From the NCBI GenBank assembly GCA_964016885.1, contig OZ024743.1, positions 297,848,001 to 297,912,000 on the forward strand: a stretch of 64,000 nucleotides of DNA. The letters are read 5' to 3'. The notes under the pieces are model-generated. The model did no database searches. It was not told where the DNA came from and saw only the letters and a program-made list of their open reading frames with translations. The DNA is from Eledone cirrhosa (lineage: Eukaryota). The stretch's first letter is position 1; each line of letters begins with the position of its first letter. Positions 37,885 to 52,484 of the stretch are shown here, piece by piece. The translations under genes and the position numbers were made by a program.

Positions 37885-39361
37885 ACGTTTTTGCCATGAT
37901 ATTTAAGTTTAGTCAAGTATCTCTTATTTAATCTTCAATTCATTACACGCTTATTTCTTTTATTCATCATTATTTTTCCTATAAAAGGGCAATAATTTAT
38001 CTGTAAATATATTTTTCGTTCTGCGTGTTTTCCAATTTCTCCCAAACTAAGCGCTTGTTTTCTCTCGTCAATGACTACATCTAATTATTCTGAACACATG
38101 TACGCAATAGATTCTTTAGGAAATATATTCAAAGATATTTTCACAGCTTGTTAGACATGATCTCACAAATATGAAGAAACAATAACGAAACTACAAGATT
38201 GAAGCTCTTTCTTGCTATGTTAAAAGTAAAATAGACAATTTGATTATCAAGAAACTGAACTGGAAAGTAGAGCAATACAGGAGTTCGAAAAGTGAAAATC
38301 AGAACATTTCAATCCGTTATTAGTCACATTCAGCGTTTAGCCAAATATTCTCTTAATTTGATTTCAACACTATTTACACACTATCTTACACACTACCTTA
38401 CTATATCAGATTATCTCCTTCTTTAGTGATGTCCTCGTTTATTGACTAAATTGAGAAACGCTAAACTAATTCGTCCAATCTGAATTTACAGATATATATA
38501 TTGTGACGTCATAGGAAAGCATTTGAGTAGAGAGGTTTTACGAACGTAACATTCATTCTGAAAATGTTACCATTTATCAACACAAGTTAATTTTGTTAAT
38601 GGTAGTTTTACTGTAATACAATTGATGCCTGGAATAATATACTCACCATATTTTAAAGACGGCTCGGTTTGAAATATTTCTATTATCACGTCTTTTACGT
38701 GCATCTAAGGGAAATTCTGCCATAATGATTCCATCTAATTTTGGAAAATTTGCTCTTAAATTCGTTGGCGATTCAAATGAATCTTTCTATAAGAACGCTG
38801 AACATTTAGAAACGGGACAAGGTGGGCTAATAATTGTAGTTATATTTTATCGTTTATTAGGATGTTACGATATGAAAGCGACCCGTTTTACTTCGAAAAT
38901 TACAATAACGTTGCATTTTCAATTCTATTTATTTGATTTTAATCGAACTATCATTGTTTAATATTACAATTGGTCGATAGATCACAGTAGATTTCAATTA
39001 ACTTGTTTAGTTTTACGATAAATTTCAATTAGAATTGCAATAATAAGATTGTTTATTGTGATTTGTATGATTGTTTGTAGTGTATGCATGAATCTCTATC
39101 TCGTCTACGATATATGGTGAATGATAACATGTAGAAATAACAGCAGGATATATGTGAATGTTATTTGATTTAGATAGCAGTATTTATAGCAGAACTTGAA
39201 ATATCAGTTATATATATAAAGTAAACTCTCTATAGAATGTATATTGTTTAGATAATTGCCAAAATATATATACATAAATATCTAATATCCAAAATATGTA
39301 ATGAAAAGAAAAATGATTTTTTAAAGAATTATTATTCATCTACTTCAAAATATCGGTGTTT

Positions 39362-39434
39362 CAAGATTGTCAGGAAACGAATCTGGAATCTCCTGATCCG
39401 TAGTCAGGCGCCTTATCCATTGCACCAGAAGCAC
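39362..39434 (-). pseudogene. tRNA-Arg-ACG: tRNA-Arg(ACG) pseudogene, copy 18
   Basis: Array copy. Confidence 0.86.
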
Positions 39435-39887
39435 AGGTTACAAACTGACTGTCAATTTAAATTACTCTAGGTATGTTTTAGACAATACAATCGTTGAATG
39501 TCACTCTATTTCTTCCGTGTCGATGACAAACTTTTGTCCACAAGATTAGCTAACATTTGGATAATGAATTCAATTTCACTGGAAATCAGGTAAATTATAA
39601 TTGCATAGAAGGGTGTTACCATTCAATTTTCGTGAGTCTGGAATTTTAATTCCAATACGTTCTCCCTTAAAACCAGTCTTAGGTTTCTTAAATATAACCA
39701 ATCTTAGTGATTATTTCCTCCTTAATTTAAAATAGTTGGTAAATATTGTTTCTCCCATACTATCATAGATCGAGAATGCTGAAATTCTTCTATGACCAAA
39801 TTATCAACTTTCAAGCGATTATATTCATAAACGTTTATCTCAAATTACAGTTCTATATGTGAAGAATTCCACTTTCGTTTCCAACTT

Positions 39888-39969
39888 GACGAGGTGGCCG
39901 AGTGGTTAAGTCGATGGACTGCTAATCCATTGGGATTTTCCCGCGTGAGTTCGAATCTCATCTTCGTCG
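39888..39969 (+). tRNA. tRNA-Ser-GCT: tRNA-Ser(GCT), copy 18, D-stem variant G24>T
   Basis: TTAAGTCG (39911). Confidence 0.9.
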
Positions 39970-41446
39970 ACGTTTTTGCCATGATATTTAAGTTTAGTCA
40001 AGTATCTCTTATTTAATCTTCAATTCATTACACGCTTATTTCTTTTATTCATCATTATTTTTCCTTTAAAAGGGCAATAATTTATCTGTAAATATATTTT
40101 TCGTTCTGCGTGTTTTCCAATTTCTCCCAAACTAAGCGCTTGTTTTCTCTCGTCAATGACTACATCTAATTATTCTGAACACATGTACGTAATAGATTCT
40201 TTAAGAAATATATTCAAAGATATTTTCACAGCTTGTTAGACATGATCTCACAAATATGAAGAAACAATAACGAAACTACAAGATTGAAGCTCTTTCTTGC
40301 TATGTTAAAAGTAAAATAGACAATTTGATTATCAAGAAACTGAACTGGAAAGTAGAGCAATACAGGAGTTCGAAAAGTGAAAATCAGAACATTTCAATCC
40401 GTTATTAGTCACATTCAGCGTTTAGCCAAATGTTCTCTTAATTTGATTTCAACACTATTTACACACTATCTTACACACTACCTTACTATATCAGATTATC
40501 TCCTTCTTTAGTGATGTCCTCGTTTATTGACTAAATTGAGAAATGCTAAACTAATTCGTCCAATCTAAATTTACAGATATATATATTGTGACGTCATAGG
40601 AAAGCATTTGAGTAGAGAGGTTTTACGAACGTAACATTCATTCTGAAAATGTTACCATTTATCAACACAAGTTAATTTTGTTAATGGTAGTTTTACTGTA
40701 ATACAATTGATGCCTGGAATAATATACTCACCATATTTTAAAGACGGCTCGGTTTGAAATATTTCTATTATCACGTCTTTTACGTGCATCTAAGGGAAAT
40801 TCTGCCATTATGATTCCATCTAATTTTGGAAAATTTGCTCTTAAATTCGTTGGCTATTTAAATGAGTCTTTCTATAAGAACGCTGAAAATTTAAAAACGG
40901 GACAAGGTGGGCTAATAATTGTAGTTATATTTTATCGTTTATTAGGATGTTACGACATGAAAGCTTCCCGTTTTACTTCGAAAATTACAATAACGTTGCA
41001 TTTTCAATTCTATTTATTTGATTTTAATCGAACTATCATTGTTTAATATTACAATTGGTCGATAGATCACAGTAGATTTCAATTAACTTGTTTAGTTTTA
41101 CGATAAATTTCAATTAGAATTGCAATAATAAGATTGTTTATTGTGATTTGTATGATTGTTTGTAGTGTATGCATGAATCTCTATCTCGTCTACGATATAT
41201 GGTGAATGATAACATGTAGAAATAACAGCAGGATATATGTGAATGTTATTTGATTTAGATAGCAGTATTTATAGCAGAACTTGAAATATCAGTTATATAT
41301 ATAAAGTAAACTCTCTATAGAATGTATATTGTTTAGATAATTGCCAAAATATATATACATAAATATCTAATATCCAAAATATGTAATGAAAAGAAAAATG
41401 ATTTTTTAAAGAATTATTATTCATCTACTTCAAAATATCGGTGTTT

Positions 41447-41519
41447 CAAGATTGTCAGGAAACGAATCTGGAATCTCCTGATCCGTAGTCAGGCGCCTTA
41501 TCCATTGCACCAGAAGCAC
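41447..41519 (-). pseudogene. tRNA-Arg-ACG: tRNA-Arg(ACG) pseudogene, copy 19
   Basis: Array copy. Confidence 0.86.
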
Positions 41520-41972
41520 AGGTTACAAACTGACTGTCAATTTAAATTACTCTAGGTATGTTTTAGACAATACAATCGTTGAATGTCACTCTATTTCTTC
41601 CGTGTCGATGACAAACTTTTGTCCACAAGATTAGCTAACATTTGGATAATGAATTCAATTTCACTGGAAATCAGGTAAATTATAATTGCATAGAAGGGTG
41701 TTACCATTCAATTTTCGTGAGTCTGGAATTTTAATTCCAATACGTTCTCCCTTAAAACCAGTCTTAGGTTTCTTAAATATAACCAATCTTAGTGATTATT
41801 TCCTCCTTAATTTAAAATAGTTGGTAAATATTGTTTCTCCCATACTATCATAGATCGAGAATGCTGAAATTCTTCTATGACCAAATTATCAACTTTCAAG
41901 CGATTATATTCATAAACGTTTATCTCAAATTACAGTTCTATATGTGAAGAATTCCACTTTCGTTTCCAACTT

Positions 41973-42054
41973 GACGAGGTGGCCGAGTGGTTAAGTCGAT
42001 GGACTGCTAATCCATTGGGATTTTCCCGCGTGAGTTCGAATCTCATCTTCGTCG
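41973..42054 (+). tRNA. tRNA-Ser-GCT: tRNA-Ser(GCT), copy 19, D-stem variant G24>T
   Basis: TTAAGTCG (41996). Confidence 0.9.
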
Positions 42055-43533
42055 ACGTTTTTGCCATGATATTTAAGTTTAGTCAAGTATCTCTTATTTA
42101 ATCTTCAATTCATTACACGCTTATTTCTTTTATTCATCATTATTTTTCCTTTAAAAGGGCAATAATTTATCTGTAAATATATTTTTCGTTCTGCGTGTTT
42201 TCCAATTTCTCCCAAACTAAGCGCTTGTTTTCTCTCGTCAATGACTACATCTAATTATTCTGAACACATGTACGTAATAGATTCTTTAAGAAATATATTC
42301 AAAGATATTTTCACAGCTTGTTAGACATGATCTCACAAATATGAAGAAACAATAACGAAACTACAAGATTGAAGCTCTTTCTTGCTATGTTAAAAGTAAA
42401 ATAGACAATTTGATTATCAAGAAACTGAACTGGAAAGTAGAGCAATACAGGAGTTCGAAAAGTGAAAATCAGAACATTTCAATCCGTTATTAGTCACATT
42501 CAGCGTTTAGCCAAATGTTCTCTTAATTTGATTTCAACACTATTTACACACTATCTTACACACTACCTTACTATATCAGATTATCTCCTTCTTTAGTGAT
42601 GTCCTCGTTTATTGACTAAATTGAGAAATGCTAAACTAATTCGTCCAATCTAAATTTACAGATATATATATATTGTGACGTCATAGGAAAGCATTTGAGT
42701 AGAGAGGTTTTACGAACGTAACATTCATTCTGAAAATGTTACCATTTATCAACACAAGTTAATTTTGTTAATGGTAGTTTTACTGTAATACAATTGATGC
42801 CTGGAATAATATACTCACCATATTTTAAAGACGGCTCGGTTTGAAATATTTCTATTATCACGTCTTTTACGTGCATCTAAGGGAAATTCTGCCATTATGA
42901 TTCCATCTAATTTTGGAAAATTTGCTCTTAAATTCGTTGGCTATTTAAATGAGTCTTTCTATAAGAACGCTGAAAATTTAAAAACGGGACAAGGTGGGCT
43001 AATAATTGTAGTTATATTTTATCGTTTATTAGGATGTTACGACATGAAAGCTTCCCGTTTTACTTCGAAAATTACAATAACGTTGCATTTTCAATTCTAT
43101 TTATTTGATTTTAATCGAACTATCATTGTTTAATATTACAATTGGTCGATAGATCACAGTAGATTTCAATTAACTTGTTTAGTTTTACGATAAATTTCAA
43201 TTAGAATTGCAATAATAAGATTGTTTATTGTGATTTGTATGATTGTTTGTAGTGTATGCATGAATCTCTATCTCGTCTACGATATATGGTGAATGATAAC
43301 ATGTAGAAATAACAGCAGGATATATGTGAATGTTATTTGATTTAGATAGCAGTATTTATAGCAGAACTTGAAATATCAGTTATATATATAAAGTAAACTC
43401 TCTATAGAATGTATATTGTTTAGATAATTGCCAAAATATATATACATAAATATCTAATATCCAAAATATGTAATGAAAAGAAAAATGATTTTTTAAAGAA
43501 TTATTATTCATCTACTTCAAAATATCGGTGTTT

Positions 43534-43606
43534 CAAGATTGTCAGGAAACGAATCTGGAATCTCCTGATCCGTAGTCAGGCGCCTTATCCATTGCACCAG
43601 AAGCAC
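43534..43606 (-). pseudogene. tRNA-Arg-ACG: tRNA-Arg(ACG) pseudogene, copy 20
   Basis: Array copy. Confidence 0.86.
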
Positions 43607-44059
43607 AGGTTACAAACTGACTGTCAATTTAAATTACTCTAGGTATGTTTTAGACAATACAATCGTTGAATGTCACTCTATTTCTTCCGTGTCGATGACA
43701 AACTTTTGTCCACAAGATTAGCTAACATTTGGATAATGAATTCAATTTCACTGGAAATCAGGTAAATTATAATTGCATAGAAGGGTGTTACCATTCAATT
43801 TTCGTGAGTCTGGAATTTTAATTCCAATACGTTCTCCCTTAAAACCAGTCTTAGGTTTCTTAAATATAACCAATCTTAGTGATTATTTCCTCCTTAATTT
43901 AAAATAGTTGGTAAATATTGTTTCTCCCATACTATCATAGATCGAGAATGCTGAAATTCTTCTATGACCAAATTATCAACTTTCAAGCGATTATATTCAT
44001 AAACGTTTATCTCAAATTATAGTTCTATATGTGAAGAATTCCACTTTCGTTTCCAACTT

Positions 44060-44141
44060 GACGAGGTGGCCGAGTGGTTAAGTCGATGGACTGCTAATCC
44101 ATTGGGATTTTCCCGCGTGAGTTCGAATCTCATCTTCGTCG
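44060..44141 (+). tRNA. tRNA-Ser-GCT: tRNA-Ser(GCT), copy 20, D-stem variant G24>T
   Basis: TTAAGTCG (44083). Confidence 0.9.
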
Positions 44142-45621
44142 ACGTTTTTGCCATGATATTTAAGTTTAGTCAAGTATCTCTTATTTAATCTTCAATTCAT
44201 TACACGCTTATTTCTTTTATTCATCATTATTTTTCCTTTAAAAGGGCAATAATTTATCTGTAAATATATTTTTCGTTCTGCGTGTTTTCCAATTTCTCCC
44301 AAACTAAGCGCTTGTTTTCTCTCGTCAATGACTACATCTAATTATTCTGAACACATGTACGTAATAGATTCTTTAAGAAATATATTCAAAGATATTTTCA
44401 CAGCTTGTTAGACATGATCTCACAAATATGAAGAAACAATAACGAAACTACAAGATTGAAGCTCTTTCTTGCTATGTTAAAAGTAAAATAGACAATTTGA
44501 TTATCAAGAAACTGAACTGGAAAGTAGAGCAATACAGGAGTTCGAAAAGTGAAAATCAGAACATTTCAATCCGTTATTAGTCACATTCAGCGTTTAGCCA
44601 AATGTTCTCTTAATTTGATTTCAACACTATTTACACACTATCTTACACACTACCTTACTATATCAGATTATCTCCTTCTTTAGTGATGTCCTCGTTTATT
44701 GACTAAATTGAGAAATGCTAAACTAATTCGTCCAATCTAAATTTACAGATATATATATATTGTGACGTCATAGGAAAGCATTTGAGTAGAGAGGTTTTAC
44801 GAACGTAACATTCATTCTGAAAATGTTACCATTTATCAACACAAGTTAATTTTGTTAATGGTAGTTTTACTGTAATACAATTGATGCCTGGAATAATATA
44901 CTCACCATATTTTAAAGACGGCTCGGTTTGAAATATTTCTATTATCACGTCTTTTACGTGCATCTAAGGGAAATTCTGCCATTATGATTCCATCTAATTT
45001 TGGAAAATTTGCTCTTAAATTCGTTGGCGATTCAAATGAGTCTTTCTATAAGAACGCTGAAAATTTAGAAACGGGACAAGGTGGGCTAATAATTGTAGCT
45101 ATATTTTATCGTTTATTAGGATGTTACGACATGAAAGCGACCCGTTTTACTTCGAAAATTACAATAACGTTGCATCTTCAATTGTATTTATTTGATTTTA
45201 ATCGAACTATCATTGTTTAATATTACAATTGGTCGATAGATCACAGTAGATTTCAATTAACTTGTTTAGTTTTACGATAAATTTCTATTAGAATTGCAAT
45301 AATAAGATTGTTTATTGTGATTTGTATGATTGTTTGTAGTGTATGCATGAATCTCTATCTCGTCTACGATATATGATGAATGATAACATGTAGAAATAAC
45401 AGCAGGATATATGTGAATGTTATTTGATTTAGATAGCAGTATTTATAGCAGAATTTGAAATATCAGTTATATATATAAAGTAAACTCTCTATAGAATGTA
45501 TATTGTTTAGATAATTGCCAAAATATATATACATAAATATCTAATATCCAAAATATATAATGAAAAGAAAAATGATTTTTTTAAAGAATTATTATTCATC
45601 TACTTCAAAATATCGGCGTTT

Positions 45622-45694
45622 CGAGATTGTCAGGAAACGAATCTGGAATCTCCTGATCCGTAGTCAGGCGCGTTGTCCATTGCACCAGAAGCAC
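45622..45694 (-). pseudogene. tRNA-Arg-ACG: tRNA-Arg(ACG) pseudogene, copy 21
   Basis: Array copy. Confidence 0.86.
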
Positions 45695-46147
45695 AGGTTA
45701 CAAACTGACTGTCAATTTAAATTACTCTAGGTATGTTTTAGACAATACGATCGTTGAATGTCACTCTAATTCTTCCGTGTCGATGACAAACTTTTGTCCA
45801 CAAGATTAGCTAACATTTGGATAATGAATTCAATTTCACTGGAAATCAGGTAAATTATAATTGCATAGAAGGGTGTTACCATTCAATTTTCGTGAGTCTG
45901 GAATTTTAATTCCAATACGTTCTCCCTTAAAACCAGTCTTAGGTTTCCTAAACATAACCAATCTTAGTGATTATTTCCTCCTTAATTCAAATTAGTTGGT
46001 AAATATTGTTTCTCCCATACTATCATAGATGGAGAATGCTGAAATTCTTCTATGACCAAATTATCAACTTTCAAGCGATTATATTCATAAACGTTTATCT
46101 CAAATTACAGTTCTATATGTGAAGAATTCCACTTTCGTTTCCAACGT

Positions 46148-46229
46148 GACGAGGTGGCCGAGTGGTTAAGGCGATGGACTGCTAATCCATTGGGATTTTC
46201 CCGCGTGAGTTCGAATCTCATCTTCGTCG
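46148..46229 (+). tRNA. tRNA-Ser-GCT: tRNA-Ser(GCT), copy 21
   Basis: Identical to copy 1. Confidence 0.97.
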
Positions 46230-47705
46230 ACGTTTTTGCCATGATATTTAAGTTTAGTCAAGTATCTCTTATTTAATCTTCAATTCATTACACGCTTATT
46301 TCTTTATTCATCATTATTTTTCCTTTAAAAGGGCAATAATTTATCTGTAAATATATTTTTCGTTCTGCGTGTTTTCCAATTTCTCCCAAACTAAGCGCTT
46401 GTTTTCTCTCGTCAATGACTACATCTAATTATTCTGAACACATGTACGCAATAGATTCTTTAAGAAATATATTCAAAGATATTTTCACAGCTTGTAAGAC
46501 ATGATCTCACAAATATGAAGAAACAATAACGAAACTACAAGATTGAAGCTCTTTCTTGCTATGTTAAAAGTAAAATAGACAATTTGATTATCAAGAAACT
46601 GAACTGGAAAGTAGAGCAATACAGGAGTTCGAAAAGTGAAAATCAGAACATTTCAATCCGTTATTAGTTACATTCAGCGTTTAGCCAAATGTTCTCTTAA
46701 TTTGATTTCAACACTATTTACACACTATCTTACACACTACCTTACTATATCAGATTACCTCCTTCTTTAGTGATGTCCTCGTTTATTGACTAAATTGAGA
46801 AATGCTAAACTAATTCGTCCAATCTAAATCTACAGATATATATCTTGTGACGTCATAGGAAAGCATTTGAGTACAGAGGTTTTACGAACATAACGTTCAT
46901 TCTGAAAATGTTACCATTTATCAACACAAGTTAATTTTGTTAATGGTAGTTTTACTGTAATACAATTGATGCCTGGAATAATATACTCACCATATTTTAA
47001 AGACGGCTCGGTTTGAAATATTTCTATTATCACGTCTTTTACGTGCATCTAAGGGAAATTCTGCCATTATGATTCCATCTAATTTTGGAAAATTTGCTCT
47101 TAAATTCGTTGGTGATTCAAATGAGTCTTTCTATAAGAACGCTGAAAATTTAGAAACGGGACAAGGTGGGCTAATAATTGTAGTTATATTTTATCGTTTA
47201 TTAGGATGTTACGACATGAAAGCGACCCGTTTTACTTCGAAAATTACAATAACGTTGCATTTTCAATTCTATTTATTTGATTTTAATCGAACTATCATTG
47301 TTTAATATTACAATTGGTCGATAGATCACAGTAGATTTCAATTAACTTGTTTAGTTTTACGATAAATTTCTATTAGAATTGCAATAATAAGATTGTTTAT
47401 TGTGATTTGTATGATTGTTTGTAGTGTATGCATGAATCTCTATCTCGCCTTCGATATATGGTGAATGATAACATGTAGAAATAACAGCAGGATATATGTG
47501 AATGTTATTTGATTTAGATAGCAGTATTTATAGCAGAACTTGAAATATCAGTTATATATATAAAGTAAACTCTCTATAGAATGTATATTGTTTAGATAAT
47601 TGCCAAAATATATATACATAAATATCTAATATCCAAAATATGTAATGAAAAGAAAAATGATTTTTTAAAGAATTATTATTCATCTACTTCAAAATATCGG
47701 TGTTT

Positions 47706-47778
47706 CGAGATTGTCAGGAAACGAATCTGGAATCTCCTGATCCGTAGTCAGGCGCCTTATCCATTGCACCAGAAGCAC
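47706..47778 (-). pseudogene. tRNA-Arg-ACG: tRNA-Arg(ACG) pseudogene, copy 22
   Basis: Array copy. Confidence 0.86.
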
Positions 47779-48231
47779 AGGTTACAAACTGACTGTCAAT
47801 TTAAATTACTCTAGGTATGTTTTAGACAATACAATCGTTGAATGTCACTCTAATTCTTCCGTGTCGATGACAAACTTTTGTCCACAAGATTAGCTAACAT
47901 TTGGATAATGAATTCAATTTCAATGGAAATCAGGTAAATTATAATTGCATAGAAGGGTGTTACCATTCAATTTTCGTGAGTCTGGAATTTTAATTCCAAT
48001 ACGTTCTCCCTTAAAACCAGTCTTAGGTTTCTTAAATATAACCAATCTTAGTGATTATTTCCTCCTTAATTTAAAATAGTTGGTAAATATTGTTTCTCCC
48101 ATACTATCATAGATCGAGAATGCTGAAATTCTTCTATGACCAAATTATCAACTTTCAAGCGATTATATTCATAAACGTTTATCTCAAATTACAGTTCTAT
48201 ATGTGAAGAATTCCACTTTCGTTTCCAACTT

Positions 48232-48313
48232 GACGAGGTGGCCGAGTGGTTAAGTCGATGGACTGCTAATCCATTGGGATTTTCCCGCGTGAGTTCGAAT
48301 CTCATCTTCGTCG
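48232..48313 (+). tRNA. tRNA-Ser-GCT: tRNA-Ser(GCT), copy 22, D-stem variant G24>T
   Basis: TTAAGTCG (48255). Confidence 0.9.
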
Positions 48314-49790
48314 ACGTTTTTGCCATGATATTTAAGTTTAGTCAAGTATCTCTTATTTAATCTTCAATTCATTACACGCTTATTTCTTTTATTCATCATT
48401 ATTTTTCCTTTAAAAGGGCAATAATTTATCTGTAAATATATTTTTCGTTCTGCGTGTTTTCCAATTTCTCCCAAACTAAGCGCTTGTTTTCTCTCGTCAA
48501 TGACTACATCTAATTATTCTGAACACATGTACGTAATAGATTCTTTAAGAAATATATTCAAAGATATTTTCACAGCTTGTTAGACATGATCTCACAAATA
48601 TGAAGAAACAATAACGAAACTACAAGATTGAAGCTCTTTCTTGCTATGTTAAAAGTAAAATAGACAATTTGATTATCAAGAAACTGAACTGGAAAGTAGA
48701 GCAATACAGGAGTTCGAAAAGTGAAAATCAGAACATTTCAATCCGTTATTAGTCACATTCAGCGTTTAGCCAAATGTTCTCTTAATTTGATTTCAACACT
48801 ATTTACACACTATCTTACACACTACCTTACTATATCAGATTATCTCCTTCTTTAGTGATGTCCTCGTTTATTGACTAAATTGAGAAATGCTAAACTAATT
48901 CGTCCAATCTAAATTTACAGATATATATATTGTGACGTCATAGGAAAGCATTTGAGTAGAGAGGTTTTACGAACGTAACATTCATTCTGAAAATGTTACC
49001 ATTTATCAACACAAGTTAATTTTGTTAATGGTAGTTTTACTGTAATACAATTGATGCCTGGAATAATATACTCACCATATTTTAAAGACGGCTCGGTTTG
49101 AAATATTTCTATTATCACGTCTTTTACGTGCATCTAAGGGAAATTCTGCCATTATGATTCCATCTAATTTTGGAAAATTTGCTCTTAAATTCGTTGGCTA
49201 TTTAAATGAGTCTTTCTATAAGAACGCTGAAAATTTAGAAACGGGACAAGGTGGGCTAATAATTGTAGTTATATTTTATCGTTTATTAGGATGTTACGAC
49301 ATGAAAGCGACCCGTTTTACTTCGAAAATTACAATAACGTTGCATTTTCAATTCTATTTATTTGATTTTAATCGAACTATCATTGTTTAATATTACAATT
49401 GGTCGATAGATCACAGTAGATTTCAATTAACTTGTTTAGTTTTACGATAAATTTCTATTAGAATTGCAATAATAAGATTGTTTATTGTGATTTGTATGAT
49501 TGTTTGTAGTGTATGCATGAATCTCTATCTCGTCTACGATATATGGTGAATGATAACATGTAGAAATAACAGCAGGATATATGTGAATGTTATTTGATTT
49601 AGATAGCAGTATTTATAGCAGAACTTGAAATATCAGTTATATATATAAAGTAAACTCTCTATAGAATGTATATTGTTTAGATAATTGCCAAAATATATAT
49701 ACATAAATATCTAATATCCAAAATATGTAAAGAAAAGAAAAATGATTTTTTAAAGAATTATTATTCATCTACTTCAAAATATCGGTGTTT

Positions 49791-49863
49791 CAAGATTGTC
49801 AGGAAACGAATCTGGAATCTCCTGATCCGTAGTCAGGCGCCTTATCCATTGCACCAGAAGCAC
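49791..49863 (-). pseudogene. tRNA-Arg-ACG: tRNA-Arg(ACG) pseudogene, copy 23
   Basis: Array copy. Confidence 0.86.
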
Positions 49864-50316
49864 AGGTTACAAACTGACTGTCAATTTAAATTACTCTAGG
49901 TATGTTTTAGACAATACAATCGTTGAATGTCACTCTATTTCTTCCGTGTCGATGACAAACTTTTGTCCACAAGATTAGCTAACATTTGGATAATGAATTC
50001 AATTTCACTGGAAATCAGGTAAATTATAATTGCATAGAAGGGTGTTACCATTCAATTTTCGTGAGTCTGGAATTTTAATTCCAATACGTTCTCCCTTAAA
50101 ACCAGTCTTAGGTTTCTTAAACATAACCAATCTTAGTGATTATTTCCTCCTTAATTTAAAATAGTTGGTAAATATTGTTTCTCCCATACTATCATAGATG
50201 GAGAATGCTGAAATTCTTCTATCACCAAATTATCAACTTTCAAGCGATTATATTCATAAACGTTTATCTCAAATTACAGTTCTATATGTGAAGAATTCCA
50301 CTTTCGTTTCCAACTT

Positions 50317-50398
50317 GACGAGGTGGCCGAGTGGTTAAGGCGATGGACTGCTAATCCATTGGGATTTTCCCGCGTGAGTTCGAATCTCATCTTCGTCG
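50317..50398 (+). tRNA. tRNA-Ser-GCT: tRNA-Ser(GCT), copy 23
   Basis: Identical to copy 1. Confidence 0.97.
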
Positions 50399-51876
50399 AC
50401 GTTTTTGCCATGATATTTAAGTTTAGTCAAGTATCTCTTATTTAATCTTCAATTCATTACACGCTTATTTCTTTTATTCATCATTATTTTTCCTATAAAA
50501 GGGCAATAATTTATCTGTAAATATATTTTTCGTTCTGCGTGTTTTCCAATTTCTCCCAAACTAAGCGCTTGTTTTCTCTCGTCAATGACTACATCTAATT
50601 ATTCTGAACACATGTACGCAATAGATTCTTTAAGAAATATATTCAAAGATATTTTCACAGCTTGTTAGACATGATCTCACAAATATGAAGAAACAATAAC
50701 GAAACTACAAGATTGAAGCTCTTTCTTGCTATGTTAAAAGTAAAATAGACAATTTGATTATCAAGAAACTGAACTGGAAAGTAGAGCAATACAGGAGTTC
50801 GAAAAGTGAAAATCAGAACATTTCAATCCGTTATTAGTCACATTCAGCGTTTAGCCAAATATTCTCTTAATTTGATTTCAACACTATTTACACACTATCT
50901 TACACACTACCTTACTATATCAGATTATCTCCTTCTTTAGTGATGTCCTCGTTTATTGACTAAATTGAGAAATGCTAAACTAATTCGTCCAATCTAAATT
51001 TACAGATATATATATTGTGACGTCATAGGAAAGCATTTGAGTAGAGAGGTTTTACGAACGTAACATTCATTCTGAAAATGTTACCATTTATCAACACAAG
51101 TTAATTTTGTTAATGCTAGTTTTACTGTAATACAATTGATGCCTGGAATAATATACTCACCATATTTTAAAGACGGCTCGGTTTGAAATATTTCTATTAT
51201 CACGTCTTTTACGTGCATCTAAGGGAAATTCTGCCATCATGATTCCATCTAATTTTGGAAAATTTGCTCTTAAATTCGTTGGCGATTCAAATGAATCTTT
51301 CTATAAGAACGCTGAACATTTAGAAACGGGACAAGGTGGGCTAATAATTGTAGTTATATTTTATCGTTTATTAGGATGTTACGACATGAAAGCGACCCGT
51401 TTTACTTCGAAAATTACAATAACGTTGCATTTTCAATTCTATTTATTTGATTTTAATCGAACTATCATTGTTTAATATTACAATTTTGTCGATAGATCAC
51501 AGTAGATTTCAATTAACTTGTTTAGTTTTACGATAAATTTCTATTAGAATTGCAATAATAAGATTGTTTATTGTGATTTGTATGATTGTTTGTAGTGTAT
51601 GCATGAATCTCTATCTCGTCTACGATATATGGTGAATGATAACATGTAGAAATAACAGCAGGATATATGTGAATGTTATTTGATTTAGATAGCAGTATTT
51701 ATAGCAGAACTTGAAATATCAGTTATATATATAAAGTAAACTCTCTATAGAATGTATATTGTTTAGATAATTGCCAAAATATATATACATAAATATCTAA
51801 TATCCAAAATATGTAATGAAAAGAAAAATGATTTTTTAAAGAATTATTATTCATCTACTTCAAAATATCGGTGTTT

Positions 51877-51949
51877 CGAGATTGTCAGGAAACGAATCTG
51901 GAATCTCCTGATCCGTAGTCAGGCGCCTTATCCATTGCACCAGAAGCAC
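51877..51949 (-). pseudogene. tRNA-Arg-ACG: tRNA-Arg(ACG) pseudogene, copy 24
   Basis: Array copy. Confidence 0.86.
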
Positions 51950-52402
51950 AGGTTACAAACTGACTGTCAATTTAAATTACTCTAGGTATGTTTTAGACAA
52001 TACAATCGTTGAATGTCACTCTAATTCTTCCGTGTCGATGACAAACTTTTGTCCACAAGATTAGCTAACATTTGGATAATGAATTCAATTTCACTGGAAA
52101 TCAGGTAAATTATAATTGCATAAAAGGGTGTTACCATTCAATTTTCGTGAGTCTGGAATTTTAATTCCAATACGTTCTCCCTTAAAACCAGTCTTAGGTT
52201 TCCTAAACATAACCAATCTTAGTGATTATTTCCTCCTTAATTTAAAATAGTTGGTAAATATTGTTTCTCCCATACTATCATAGATGGAGAATGCTGAAAT
52301 TCTTCTATCACCAAATTATCAACTTTCAAGCGATTATATTCATAAACGTTTATCTCAAATTACAGTTCTATATGTGAAGAATTCCACTTTCGTTTCCAAC
52401 TT

Positions 52403-52484
52403 GACGAGGTGGCCGAGTGGTTAAGGCGATGGACTGCTAATCCATTGGGATTTTCCCGCGTGAGTTCGAATCTCATCTTCGTCG
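52403..52484 (+). tRNA. tRNA-Ser-GCT: tRNA-Ser(GCT), copy 24
   Basis: Identical to copy 1. Confidence 0.97.
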
